This document shows positions 20,564 to 30,117 of a DNA stretch of 48,155 nt, one piece after another. Origin of the DNA: a bacterium. Its GTDB lineage: Bacteria; JADJOY01. Numbering within the stretch: position 1 is the stretch's first letter; every line of letters starts with the position of its first letter. A program made the translations under genes and the position numbers. The DNA lies in assembly GCA_046331705.1 (NCBI GenBank), contig JAXLQJ010000055.1, forward strand, positions 1 through 48,155, written 5' to 3'. The notes under the pieces were generated by a model. That model did no database searches and was not told where the DNA came from. It saw only the letters and a list, made by a program, of their open reading frames with translations.

Positions 20564-23500
20564 TCACGCCGCCGGACGCGGCCGCGCGCGACGGCGCCAG
20601 CGCGGAACCAGCGTAGAGAGCGCGATCAACGCGCCCGAGGTCGCGCTGGGCGCTCCCATCGCGCCGCAGCCGGCGGCGAAGGTGGCGGTCACGCTGGTGG
20701 CAGCGTTCATGGTCACCTGGCAGGGCGCCGTGCCCGTGCACACGCCGCCGCTCCAGCCCGAGAACTTCTGACCCGACGCAGGCGTCGCGGTGAGCGTGAC
20801 GAGCGTGCCGGGGGCGAAGTTCGCTGCGCACGCGCTGCCGCAGTTGATCCCCGTGGGGCTGCTGGTCACGGTGCCGCTGCCGACCTTGGTGACGGTGAGC
20901 GTGTACGCCACGCCGTCGAACGTCGCGGTGACCGACTTCGCGGCGTCCATCGTCACCTGGCAGGAGTCGGTACCCGAGCAGCCGGCTCCGCTCCAGCCGG
21001 TGAAGGTCGAGCCCAGCGCCGGTGCGGCGGTGAGCGTCACCAGCGTGCCTGCGGTGTAGCTCGCCGTGCAGGTCGCGCCGCAATCGATGCCTGCGACGTC
21101 GCTCGTGACGGTTCCCGTGCCCGTGCCCAGGAGGGCCACCGAGAGCGAATACGTGGGCAGCGAGAAGACCGCGGTGACGCTGCGCGCGGCGGTCATCGGA
21201 AGCTGGCAGGTCCCCGTTCCCGTGCAGGGGCCGCTCCAGCCCGCGAAGGTCGAGTCGGGGCTCGCCGTGGCCGTCAGGGTCACGGTGGTGCCGTAGTCGT
21301 AGGTGGCCGAGCAGGTCTCGCCGCAATCGATCCCGGCGGGCGAGCTGCTCACGGTGCCGCTTCCGCTGCCGGCCTTGGTGACGGTGAGCGGGAACGATTG
21401 GAGCTGGAAGCTCGCGGTGACGGACTTCGCGGCGTCCATCGTCACTTGGCAGCTTCCAGTGCCCGAGCATGCGCCGCCCCAGCCGGCGAACACCGAGCCG
21501 AACGAGGCTGGCGCCGCGAGGGTCACCACGGTGCCGTAGCTGAAGCTCGCGGCGCAGGTGGCGCCGCAGCTGATGCCCAGCGGGCTCGACGTCACGGTGC
21601 CCGAGCCGGCGCCGAGCTTGGTGACGGACAGCGCCAGCGATTGAAGCGCGAAGTTGGCCGTCACGTTGCGTGCGGCGCTCATCGTCACCTGGCAGCTACC
21701 CGTGCCGCTGCAACCCGATCCGCTCCAGCCGGTGAACGTCGAGCCGACCGCTGGCGACGCGCTGAGGGTGACGACCGAGCCGTAGTCGTACGACGCGCCG
21801 CAGGTGGCGCCGCAGTCGATCCCCGCGGGGCTGCTGGTCACCGTGCCGGACCCCGCGCCGCTCTTCGACACGCTGAGCGCGAAGGTTTGCAGAGCGAAGG
21901 TCGCGGTGACGTTCTTCGCGGCATCCGCCGTGACGCTGCAGAAGCCGGTGCCCGAGCAGCCTTCACCGCTCCAGCCGACGAACGTCGAGCCCGCCGCGGG
22001 CGTCGCGGCCATGGCCACCACCGTGCCGTAGTCGTAGGTGCCGGTGCAGCTGGCGCCGCAGTTGATCCCCGCCGGGCTGCTGGTGACGGTGCCGGAGCCG
22101 TTGCCGGCCTTGGTGACCGTGACCGGGAACGTCTGCAGCGTGAAGATCGCCGACAGGTTGCGGTTGGTCGTCATCGGCAGCGAGCAGGTGCCGGTGCCGG
22201 TGCACGGGCCCGCCCAGCTCGTGAAGGTCGATCCCGCGCTCGCCGTCGCCGTCAGGTTGACCTGAGTGCCGTAATCCCACACGTAGACGCAGGTCGGGCC
22301 GCAGTCGATTCCCGCCGGGGAGCTCGAGACCGTGCCCGCGCCGGTGCCGACCTTGTTGACGGTGAGCTGCGCGCCCTGGAGCGTGAAGCTCGCCGAGACG
22401 CTCTTGGCGGCGTCCATCGTCACCTGGCACGTCCCGGTGCCGGAGCAACCGGCGCCGCTCCAGCCGTCGAACGTGGTGCCGGGAGCGGTGGCGGCGGTGA
22501 GCGTGACCACGTCGCCGGCGCTGAACGGCGCCGAGCACAGCGTCCCGCAGCTGATGCCGATCGGGCTGCTGGTCACGCTGCCGGTGCCGGTCCCGGTCGG
22601 CGTGACCGAGAGCGTGAACGATTGCAGTGTGAAGGTGGCCGTCACGCTGTGCGCGGTGGTGGCGGTGATCTGGCAGTTACCCGTGCCCGAGCAACCCGCG
22701 CCGCTCCAGCCGGTGAAGGTGGAGCCCACCTGCGGCGTCGCGGTGAGCGTCACCAGGGTCCCGCTGGTGAACGTCGACGAGCACGTGGCGCCACAGGAGA
22801 TTCCGGCCGGACTGCTGCTCACCGTGCCGAGCCCGTTGCCCGACTTGACCACCGAGATCGACGCCGACACGAAGGAGAACGTGGCGGTCACGCTTTGGGC
22901 GGAGGCCATCGTGACCTGGCAGGTGCCGGTGCCCGAGCAGCCCGCGCCGCTCCAGCCCGCAAACGTCGAGCCGGCGGAGGGCGAGGCCGTGAGCGTCACG
23001 ACCGTGCCCGACGCATAACCAGCCGAACAGGTCGATCCGCAGTTGATTCCCGCAGGTGAGCTGCTGACGGTTCCCGCGCCGGTGCCCGCCTTGGTCACGG
23101 TGAGCGCGAGGTTGGAGTCGTAGACGTAGGCCGAGCCCGAGTCGGCGGCGGCGACGTCGGCGAGAAGGGCGCCGATCGCCACACGGCCCGCTTCGACGTT
23201 GATGCCTGCGCCGAACGCAGCGCCCGCCGCGGCGTTTCCGGCGACGATCTTGTCGACGAGCGGCCAGCTCGCGCCGCCGCCCTGGTAGAGATAGACGGCG
23301 CCGGCGTCCGCGCCCGCCGTGTCCGCCTGGGGCGCGCCGATCGCCAGCTGGTTGCCGTTGAGCGAGACCCAGGTGCCGAAGTTGTCGCTGGCGGCGGCGT
23401 CGAAGGCGGTGATCTTGGCCTGCTGCGACCAGCTGGTGCCGCTGCGCGTGAAGACGTAGGCGGAGCCTCCATTGCTCACGGCGGTGTCGTCGCCGAACGC

Positions 23501-24364
23501 CCCGATCGCGGCGATGTTGCCGTACACGCTCACCGAGTTGCCGAAGCTGTCGTTGGCCGCTCCGTCGCTCGCCGTGAGCTTCGCTTGCTGCGACCAGCTG
23601 GTGCCGCTGCGCGTGAACACGTACGCGGCGCCGGCGTAGCTGCCCGCGCCGGTATTCTTGTAGGCGGCGCCGAGGACGATGGTGTCGCCGCTGATGGCCG
23701 ACGAGTAACCGAGCGTGTCGTTGCTCGCGCCGTCGCTGGCGGTGATCTTCGCTTGCTGCGTCCAGATGTAGCCGCTCGACCGCACGAACACGTACGCGGC
23801 GCCGGCGCTGGTGCCCTTGGCGTCTTCCTTCGGCGCACCGACCACGATGTAATCGCCGTCGAGCGCCACCGAGCCGCCGAAGAGATCGCCGCCGGCCCCG
23901 TCGCTGGCGCGCAGCTTCGCGACCTGGACCCAGGTCGCGCCGTTCCACTGAAACACGTACGCGGCGCCCGAGTCCGCGCCGAAGTCGTCGTCGTTGTAGG
24001 CGCCGACCACCAAGGTGTAGCCCTGGATCGCCACGGACACGCCGAAGTGGTCGCCGGCCGCGCCGTCGCTCGCCGTGAGCTTCTGGGCGAGTGTCCAGCT
24101 CGCGCCGTTTCGGGCGTAGAGGTAGGCGGATCCCGAGTCGGTGCCCTTGTCGTCGTCGCGAACCGCGCCCACCAGCAGCAAGTCGCCGCTCAGTGCCACC
24201 GATGCCCCGAAGCGGTCGTCGGCCGCGCCGTCGGCGGCGGTGATCGTCGATTGAGGCGTCAGCGTCGCGCCGGCACGCGGACTGCCCGCGAGCAGGAGCG
24301 TCAGGGTTGCGAAGGCGAGCGCGAGGACGCGCGTCGAACGCAGATTCCACCACTCCGTCGGCAT
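20564..24364 (-). CDS. Large secreted surface protein: 7 FG-GAP repeats + 10 InlB B-repeat-like (divergent) domains + C-terminal Cys/hydrophobic/basic tail
   Basis: AGGAG RBS, signal peptide, seven ASDG..D.FG.SV..G...VGA....GAAYVF blades, ten ~81-aa units G.GTV.SSP.GI.CG..C...GT.VTLTA....GS.F.GWSG..C.G...C.VTM..A.SVTATF, tail GCGAMG...WRRRAR. Confidence 0.88.
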   Translation of the reverse strand: MPTEWWNLRSTRVLALAFATLTLLLAGSPRAGATLTPQSTITAADGAADDRFGASVALSGDLLLVGAVRDDDKGTDSGSAYLYARNGASWTLAQKLTASDGAAGDHFGVSVAIQGYTLVVGAYNDDDFGADSGAAYVFQWNGATWVQVAKLRASDGAGGDLFGGSVALDGDYIVVGAPKEDAKGTSAGAAYVFVRSSGYIWTQQAKITASDGASNDTLGYSSAISGDTIVLGAAYKNTGAGSYAGAAYVFTRSGTSWSQQAKLTASDGAANDSFGNSVSVYGNIAAIGAFGDDTAVSNGGSAYVFTRSGTSWSQQAKITAFDAAASDNFGTWVSLNGNQLAIGAPQADTAGADAGAVYLYQGGGASWPLVDKIVAGNAAAGAAFGAGINVEAGRVAIGALLADVAAADSGSAYVYDSNLALTVTKAGTGAGTVSSSPAGINCGSTCSAGYASGTVVTLTASPSAGSTFAGWSGAGCSGTGTCQVTMASAQSVTATFSFVSASISVVKSGNGLGTVSSSPAGISCGATCSSTFTSGTLVTLTATPQVGSTFTGWSGAGCSGTGNCQITATTAHSVTATFTLQSFTLSVTPTGTGTGSVTSSPIGISCGTLCSAPFSAGDVVTLTAATAPGTTFDGWSGAGCSGTGTCQVTMDAAKSVSASFTLQGAQLTVNKVGTGAGTVSSSPAGIDCGPTCVYVWDYGTQVNLTATASAGSTFTSWAGPCTGTGTCSLPMTTNRNLSAIFTLQTFPVTVTKAGNGSGTVTSSPAGINCGASCTGTYDYGTVVAMAATPAAGSTFVGWSGEGCSGTGFCSVTADAAKNVTATFALQTFALSVSKSGAGSGTVTSSPAGIDCGATCGASYDYGSVVTLSASPAVGSTFTGWSGSGCSGTGSCQVTMSAARNVTANFALQSLALSVTKLGAGSGTVTSSPLGISCGATCAASFSYGTVVTLAAPASFGSVFAGWGGACSGTGSCQVTMDAAKSVTASFQLQSFPLTVTKAGSGSGTVSSSPAGIDCGETCSATYDYGTTVTLTATASPDSTFAGWSGPCTGTGTCQLPMTAARSVTAVFSLPTYSLSVALLGTGTGTVTSDVAGIDCGATCTASYTAGTLVTLTAAPALGSTFTGWSGAGCSGTDSCQVTMDAAKSVTATFDGVAYTLTVTKVGSGTVTSSPTGINCGSACAANFAPGTLVTLTATPASGQKFSGWSGGVCTGTAPCQVTMNAATSVTATFAAGCGAMGAPSATSGALIALSTLVPRWRRRARPRPAA
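20675..23110 (-). repeat. Ten tandem ~243-246 bp coding repeats (4-Cys beta-sandwich stalk units)
   Basis: Counted from the translation; each unit has C-x3-C and C-x5-C pairs. Boundaries approximate. Confidence 0.85.
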
Positions 24365-24433
24365 CAGGCGGACTCCTTTGACGGGCCCGAGATCCACGCG
24401 GCCCGTGCGATCAGCGATGTGGCAAGACGCACG

Positions 24434-24464
24434 ATCGTACCATCGAGCGGCGGCTCGGTTTCAA
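24434..24464 (-). promoter_or_regulatory. Possible extended -10 promoter for the surface protein gene
   Basis: Minus strand TTGAAA-N19-TACGAT with TGn directly before the -10 (TGgTACGAT). Confidence 0.3.
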
Positions 24465-24690
24465 GCACGCATTTCGGCGATCGGCGTGTGCGGCGCCGCC
24501 GCACGGCGTCACGCAACGACGCGGGTCGTCGCCGTGCGCCGAGCCTTGGTGCCGCTGCGTGCCGCTCCGCGCTCGCCGGCGCCGGAACCCACGCGAGGAC
24601 GGCACCCCGCTGGCTGCGATGCGCTCCGCGCGCGGCACACCGAAGCGGGATGCGGTGAGTCGTCCTCGCTTCGGTCGCGAGGACGAAGAC

Positions 24691-24736
24691 GAAAAACGAA
24701 AGCGGACGACGTCTCGCTCAGGCGGCCGTCATCCGC
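24691..24736 (-). terminator. Intrinsic terminator after the Fis-HTH protein gene
   Basis: Minus strand stem GCGGATGACG/CGTCGTCCGC followed by TTTCGTTTTT; a second perfect 10-bp hairpin follows at 24660-24686. Confidence 0.65.
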
Positions 24737-24787
24737 CAGCTGTCGCGGCTCTCGGACTCCGCGACACGATCACGCGCTCACGCTCGA

Positions 24788-25279
24788 TCAGCGTGCAGCG
24801 CGCTTCTTGCCGCCGGCGGATCCGGCCGGCTTCTTCTTCACCTCGCCGATGCCGAATGCCGTCAGGTACTTGTAAAAAGTCGGCGCGCTCACCTTCAGCA
24901 ATTTGCCGGCCGCGGCCCGGTTTCCACCGGTCTGGTCGAGCGCCTCCTGAATTTTCTCGGCCGTCAGGTTCGCCTTTCGGCCGCGCCCGCCGCGGCGCGC
25001 CTTGCGAGTGGACGGTGCTTCGGGAGCCGCCGCTGCTTCCTTCTTGGGCCGCCCGGGTCCGCGCTTCGGTGCTGCGGGCGCCTGCGTATGCGCGCCCAGG
25101 AGGGCCAAGAGCGGCTCGATGTGGCTCGACACCGTCTTCAGGGGCTCGGCGACGCGGGCGCTGATGGCGTGCCCGATCGAGCCACCGACGGAGGTCAGCA
25201 GCTCTCGCAGATCGGATTCGAGGCGGACCAGGTCGGTGCGAACCGCTTCCGCTTGCTTCGCGAGATCAGTCGTGGACAT
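24788..25279 (-). CDS. Basic DNA-binding protein: N-terminal helical/coiled-coil, AT-hook-like GRP motif, Fis-type HTH
   Basis: AAGGAG RBS; KRGPGRPKK and RRGGRGRK; IQEALDQTGGNRAAAGKLLKVSAPTFYKYL matches the Fis/HTH_8 pattern. Confidence 0.75.
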   Translation of the reverse strand: MSTTDLAKQAEAVRTDLVRLESDLRELLTSVGGSIGHAISARVAEPLKTVSSHIEPLLALLGAHTQAPAAPKRGPGRPKKEAAAAPEAPSTRKARRGGRGRKANLTAEKIQEALDQTGGNRAAAGKLLKVSAPTFYKYLTAFGIGEVKKKPAGSAGGKKRAAR

Positions 25280-25626
25280 GAAGGCTCCTTTTGGTTTCGT
25301 TCCAATGACAAACAATGTCGCTCGGATGGCAAGCAAATCTGCTCGTCGGCGGCATGTAAAGCATTCCGATCGTCAGCGACTCGTCGTTCGCACTCCGATG
25401 GCCTGGTCTATGAATCGAATGTCTAAGCGTTTGTTGGTTCCATTTGCGATGGTTTCTTCGGTCGGCCCGTCCGTCGGTTCGTTGGTGCGCGGCCGAACCT
25501 CCCGGGATGCGATCCGGCTCGCGCGCGCTCGGGCCTGCTCGGGTCCGCTCGAGACCGCTCGCGATCGGCTCGGCCGGCAGCGGTGGGCTCCCGCCTGCGC
25601 TCGCCGAGCGCGATACTGCTTGCGCC

Positions 25627-26319
25627 ATGTGTGGACGCATCAGCCTCGCGAGACCCGAGGACGCCATCGCCGCGGTCGAGGCGAGCTGGCTTGGTGCCGA
25701 TCCGCCCCGGCCGCGCTTCAGCGTCTTCCCGACCCAGACGTCGCTGATCGTGGTTTCGCACGACTCGGGACGCGTCGCGCAACCGGCCCGCTGGGGCCTC
25801 GTGCCGAGCTGGGCGAAGGACCCGTCGATCGGCTCCAAGATGATCAACGCCCGCTCGGAGACCGTGGCGGAGAAGCCGGCGTTCCGGAATCTGATCGGGC
25901 GACGGCGATGCGTCGTGCTCACCGACGGGTTCTTCGAGTGGGAGGATCGCGGTAGCCACAAGGTGCCGTTCTGCGTCCATGCGCCCGGGCGAGCACCGCT
26001 GCTCATGGCCGGGCTGTGGGACACGTGGCGGCCTCCGGAGCCCGCCACGCTCGTCGACTCGTTCGCGATCCTCACCTGCGAGCCGCGGCCGGATCTCACC
26101 TGGCTGCACGATCGGATGCCGGTGATCCTGCCGCGCGAATCCGCGCTGCGCTGGCTCGACACCGCCAACGTCGACAAGGCCGCGGCACTCGCGCTGGCGC
26201 GTCCGTACCCGGGCCAGCTCGAATGGCATGCGGTGTCCAAGCTGGTGAACTCGCCGCGCTACGACTCCCCCGAGGTGCTGCGGGCGGTCGAGGCGGACCC
26301 GCAGCAGCGCTTGCTCTGA
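25627..26319 (+). CDS. yedK: SOS response-associated peptidase (SRAP/HMCES family, abasic-site protection)
   Basis: N-terminal MCGR, RWGLVPSW, INARSET, RRC....GFFEW, HDRMPVIL, VS..VN. Confidence 0.93.
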   Translation: MCGRISLARPEDAIAAVEASWLGADPPRPRFSVFPTQTSLIVVSHDSGRVAQPARWGLVPSWAKDPSIGSKMINARSETVAEKPAFRNLIGRRRCVVLTDGFFEWEDRGSHKVPFCVHAPGRAPLLMAGLWDTWRPPEPATLVDSFAILTCEPRPDLTWLHDRMPVILPRESALRWLDTANVDKAAALALARPYPGQLEWHAVSKLVNSPRYDSPEVLRAVEADPQQRLL

Positions 26320-26525
26320 CCTCGGGCGCTGGCGGCGCCGGGGGGAGCACGTCCGGTGTCGTCTCGCCGGTGCGCACGCCCCAGTCGCTCGTCGCGCGCG
26401 TTCGTGTTTCGTGGCGTGACCTCCGTCACGGCGCGACGTTCCCCGCGGCGGTAAACACGAGGATTCTGCGGGCGGGTTGCGCCACCTCGCTCGCGTCTCG
26501 CGCTCCACCCTCGTGGAGGTCGACC

Positions 26526-28133
26526 ATGGTTCGCCTGGCACGTGCTCTCCGGCGGTTCTTCGCTCTTGCTCTCCCGCTCGCCGTCCTCCTCGGCGCCGCG
26601 GCGGGCGCTCACGCCCAAGTCTGGGAGGTCGGGAATCTGCGGCTGTTGCAGGATGGAGTGGCGGCGGGGGCCGCCTTCGGCACGGCCATCACCATCGGCG
26701 ACCTCAGCGGCGATGGCCGGCTCGACGTGGCCGTGGGTGCGCCCGAATGGTCGTTGCAGCAGGGCCAAGTGACGGTCTTCCGCGGCACGGCGCCGGGCCG
26801 TGCGCTGGAGACGTGGTGGTCGCTCAATCCCGGAGGCACGGGCGAGTTCGGCGCTGCGCTCGCCGCCGGCGATTTCGATGGAGACGGATTCGACGAGCTG
26901 GCGGTCGGCTCGCCCAACGCGACGGTGACCTACAACGGCGCCGACGTCGCGGCCGCGGGGGCCGTGACGGTGTGGAAGTACATCCCCACCTGCACGTGCT
27001 GGGATCTCGATGAGACGATCTCGCAGGCCGACACGACGAGCTTCGCCAGTCCCGAAGCAGGGGACGCCTTCGGCTCGGTTCTGGTCGCTGGCGATTTCAA
27101 CGGCGATGGACGGGACGATCTGGCCGTGGGCACGCCCGCCGAGGCCATCGGCGCGACCTCGGCTGCGGGCGTCGTGCAGGTGTTCTACGGCAGCGACTCG
27201 ATGCTGGCGAAGTCGGGTTCCCTCGGCATCCGCGCGGGAACGGGCGGCGTGTCCGGCACGGCTGGCTCCGGGGACCTCATGGGAATCGCGCTGGCGGTTG
27301 GTGACTTCGACGGCGACGCATTCCCGGATCTCGCGATCGGCGCGCCCGGCCGTGCCGTGGGCGGCATCAGCGCGGCGGGGCAGGTGCACATCCTGCGCGG
27401 CACCGCGGGTGGGCTCACGACGGTTGGGCAGCAGCTCGTCTCCGAATCGAGCTTGGGCGCGACGGTGGCCGCGCAGGATCGCTTCGGCGCCGCGCTCGCC
27501 GCGGGCAACTTCGACGAAGCCGGCCTGAGCTGCGTGATCGGCGACTGCTACGTGGACCTGGCGGTCGGCGTGCCCGGCAAGACCGTCCAATCGGTCTCCG
27601 CCGCCGGCGAGGTTCTGGTGCTCGACGGCGGCAGCGGCGGGATCCAGGCCACCGGATGGACCGCGCTCACTCAGAGCGGCAACGGCGGCGCTTTGGAGAC
27701 GAACGACCGCTTCGGGTCGGTGCTGGCCGCTGGCTTCCTCCACCGAGGTCCCGGCGGCTTCCTCGGCGGGACGGTGTCCGACCTCGCCGTGGGCGTGCCG
27801 TACGAGGACTTCGGCAGCGGGCTCACCAACAACGGCTACGTGCACCTCTTCTTCGGCGCGCTCGGTGGCATCAACACGGATCAACCCGTGCAAGCGTTCG
27901 GAGAATCCGCAGGGTTTCGCATCGCTCCCGCCGGTGACGACGACATCTGGTCGAGCGCGCTCGCGATCGCCGACATCGATGCCGATGGACAGGGCGATCT
28001 GGTGATCGCCGCACCGGGCAAGCGCATCAGCGGGCTCGCGGACGCGGGGGCGGTCGCGGTGCTCTACGGCGCGTTGTTCGCCGACGGGTTCGACAGCTCG
28101 AGCGTGAGCCATTGGGCCCAGCACGTGCCGTGA
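26526..28133 (+). CDS. Secreted FG-GAP (integrin-alpha-like) beta-propeller protein
   Basis: GGAGG RBS, signal peptide (AHA-Q), seven FG..L..GDFxGDG..DLAVG.P....AG.V repeats; ends LFADGFDSSSVSHWAQHVP. Confidence 0.88.
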   Translation: MVRLARALRRFFALALPLAVLLGAAAGAHAQVWEVGNLRLLQDGVAAGAAFGTAITIGDLSGDGRLDVAVGAPEWSLQQGQVTVFRGTAPGRALETWWSLNPGGTGEFGAALAAGDFDGDGFDELAVGSPNATVTYNGADVAAAGAVTVWKYIPTCTCWDLDETISQADTTSFASPEAGDAFGSVLVAGDFNGDGRDDLAVGTPAEAIGATSAAGVVQVFYGSDSMLAKSGSLGIRAGTGGVSGTAGSGDLMGIALAVGDFDGDAFPDLAIGAPGRAVGGISAAGQVHILRGTAGGLTTVGQQLVSESSLGATVAAQDRFGAALAAGNFDEAGLSCVIGDCYVDLAVGVPGKTVQSVSAAGEVLVLDGGSGGIQATGWTALTQSGNGGALETNDRFGSVLAAGFLHRGPGGFLGGTVSDLAVGVPYEDFGSGLTNNGYVHLFFGALGGINTDQPVQAFGESAGFRIAPAGDDDIWSSALAIADIDADGQGDLVIAAPGKRISGLADAGAVAVLYGALFADGFDSSSVSHWAQHVP

Positions 28134-28374
28134 GCGCGGGCGATCTCCGACGGGTCCAGCCAGCGTGCGCGGTGGTGAGGGTGAATCCGACCTCGTGACA
28201 CGAGTATGCTCGCGCGGCGCGCGCGGCCGGGCGATGGCGCCCGCGAGCGGTTCCGAGCGCAGCGTGCCGCTGGCGGCGTTGCGAGCCACGGAGATTCAGG
28301 CGAACCATGCGTCGTGGGTGCCCACACGACGAAGCCAGCATCGACCTTCGGGCGTGCGCTGAGGGAGCTCGAGA

Positions 28375-28836
28375 ATGCCTTCCATCGCCGGCTTGCGAGT
28401 CATTCGATCGTCGATTCACGGATACGGCGTGATCGCGACACGCGATTTTCGCGCCGATGAGGTGATCACCGAGGTCGACGGAATCCTGGTCGACACGGAG
28501 GAGCCGCTCGACGACCGCTATGTCGTGTGGCTGGTGGACGATTGGTACCTCGACATGCTCGATCAGACGCGCTGGATCAATCATTCCTGCGAGCCCAACG
28601 TGTGGGTCGACGGCGGCGTTCGCGAGGATGGCCAACCCTGGGCGCACGTGGTCGCGCTGCGCGACATCCGGGCCGGCGAGGAGCTCTCGTACGACTACGC
28701 GTTTCCGGCGCAATTCGCCGAGCGCTGTTTCTGTGGCGCATCGCAATGCCGCGGCTGGATCGTCGACCCCGACGAGCTCGAGCGAGCGAAGGCCGCCGCG
28801 GGAAACGGCTCGTCCGGGAACGTCGCAGGCTCCTAG
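28375..28836 (+). CDS. SET domain protein-lysine methyltransferase with post-SET Cys cluster
   Basis: SSIHGYGV, RWINHSCEPN, ALRDIRAGEELSYDY, CFCGASQCRG. Confidence 0.92.
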   Translation: MPSIAGLRVIRSSIHGYGVIATRDFRADEVITEVDGILVDTEEPLDDRYVVWLVDDWYLDMLDQTRWINHSCEPNVWVDGGVREDGQPWAHVVALRDIRAGEELSYDYAFPAQFAERCFCGASQCRGWIVDPDELERAKAAAGNGSSGNVAGS

Positions 28837-29047
28837 CCTCGCCGAAGGCGAGGTCGGCGAGCGCTCACGAGCCGGCTTGGGGGTGGGGCGACGGAGATGT
28901 CGCGCCCTTTCCCGGGCGGGGGTCTGTCGAGACCCCCGAGAAGACGTGGAGCGAGGAGCCTGGTGCGGTGCGAGGCGCCACGCGCAACCGGCTCCTCGCG
29001 TCGTGTGCGCGCCGTGCGCCGCGCGTTCACGGGCCGCGTGCGGGAGC

Positions 29048-29824
29048 TCACGGATCGAGCGCGGCGCTGCGCGCGTGCTCCCGTAGCGCGCGCCACCACC
29101 CGATCAGCCCGATCCACATCGCCAGCGTCCCGCCGAGACCGATCACGATGCCGTGCGTGAAGAAGCCGTCGGAGGGCACGAAGAAGTCGATGGCGATGCA
29201 CGTCCATCCCACCAGCGTGGCGGCGAGCGGCAGCACCATGAGCCAGAAGATCATGAAGGGCGTGCCGTGCTGTCGTGTGGCGCGAACGTGGATCCAGGCG
29301 CCGATCAGCCCGTAGACGGGGATCGCGATCGCCAGGTTGCGCAGGCCGAAGCCCTCGTACTGCCACGAGTAGGGAATCGCGAACGCGCACGGCAGCACCA
29401 AGGTCGCGAGCCAGAGCCCACGAGCGAACCGCACGATCCGCCCGTCGAGTGGCGGAGCGAGGCGTTCCGCCGTGCGGCTCACGCGGAAGCCGAGCCAGCC
29501 GGTGAAGACGATCGTCCACGAGAACGCGCTGAAGAGAAACAGCATGTTCTGGCGGAACGGCGGGCTGAGGCGGGGCGGCAGGATGCCGGTCGCGAACATC
29601 GTGAGATTGTGCATGTGGAGCCACATGATCTGGGCCTGACCCGAGGGAATCAGCGTCGCCAGGATCAGCGCGATGGAGCCCCTGCGCAGCCAGCGTCGCC
29701 ATCGCCCACCGACCTCGCTGTCGGCACCGGGCGTTGCGTGGGTAGGCCGTCGGGAAGCGGAGCCGGCGGGTGTGTCGCCCTGGGAAGCAGGCGCGGCGGG
29801 TGGAATCGGTGCGGTGGTCGTCAT
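29048..29824 (-). CDS. Hypothetical membrane protein (about 6 TM)
   Basis: Multiple hydrophobic segments and GC-rich third positions; no family recognised; start uncertain. Confidence 0.55.
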   Translation of the reverse strand: MTTTAPIPPAAPASQGDTPAGSASRRPTHATPGADSEVGGRWRRWLRRGSIALILATLIPSGQAQIMWLHMHNLTMFATGILPPRLSPPFRQNMLFLFSAFSWTIVFTGWLGFRVSRTAERLAPPLDGRIVRFARGLWLATLVLPCAFAIPYSWQYEGFGLRNLAIAIPVYGLIGAWIHVRATRQHGTPFMIFWLMVLPLAATLVGWTCIAIDFFVPSDGFFTHGIVIGLGGTLAMWIGLIGWWRALREHARSAALDP

Positions 29825-30117
29825 GGGTCCGCCGCTCGCGGGATGTGAATTCTCGCCAGGCCCGGAGGGGCGTTGCAGCATCCGTCATGTGCGCTCCGCA
29901 GGCGAGGCGCAGGTACGGTTCCGCCGTCGAGCGCAGCCGTGATTCGGGCCCGCGAGCAGGTTCGAGACGAAGCGGGAGTCTTGGTCGCGGTGACGCGTGG
30001 GCCCGGCCGCGGGCGAGCGCGCGGCTCTCGGTCGTCGCGCGCTCACGGCGATGCGTGCTATGCCCGCGCCGTGTGTCGGGCGCTCCCTCGCGGACGGCTC
30101 GGGAAAACGTGCTGACG

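Noticed and set aside
24428-24442. Minus-strand TGGTAC...TGC as a sigma54 promoter
   Set aside because: Spacing is GG-N9-GC, not N10.
25327-25342. TGGCAAGCAAATCTGC as a sigma54 promoter
   Set aside because: Spacing is GG-N11-GC.
25627-26319. SRAP gene as marker of a prophage or mutagenesis cassette
   Set aside because: No neighbouring polymerase, integrase or phage genes, and no recognisable SOS box.
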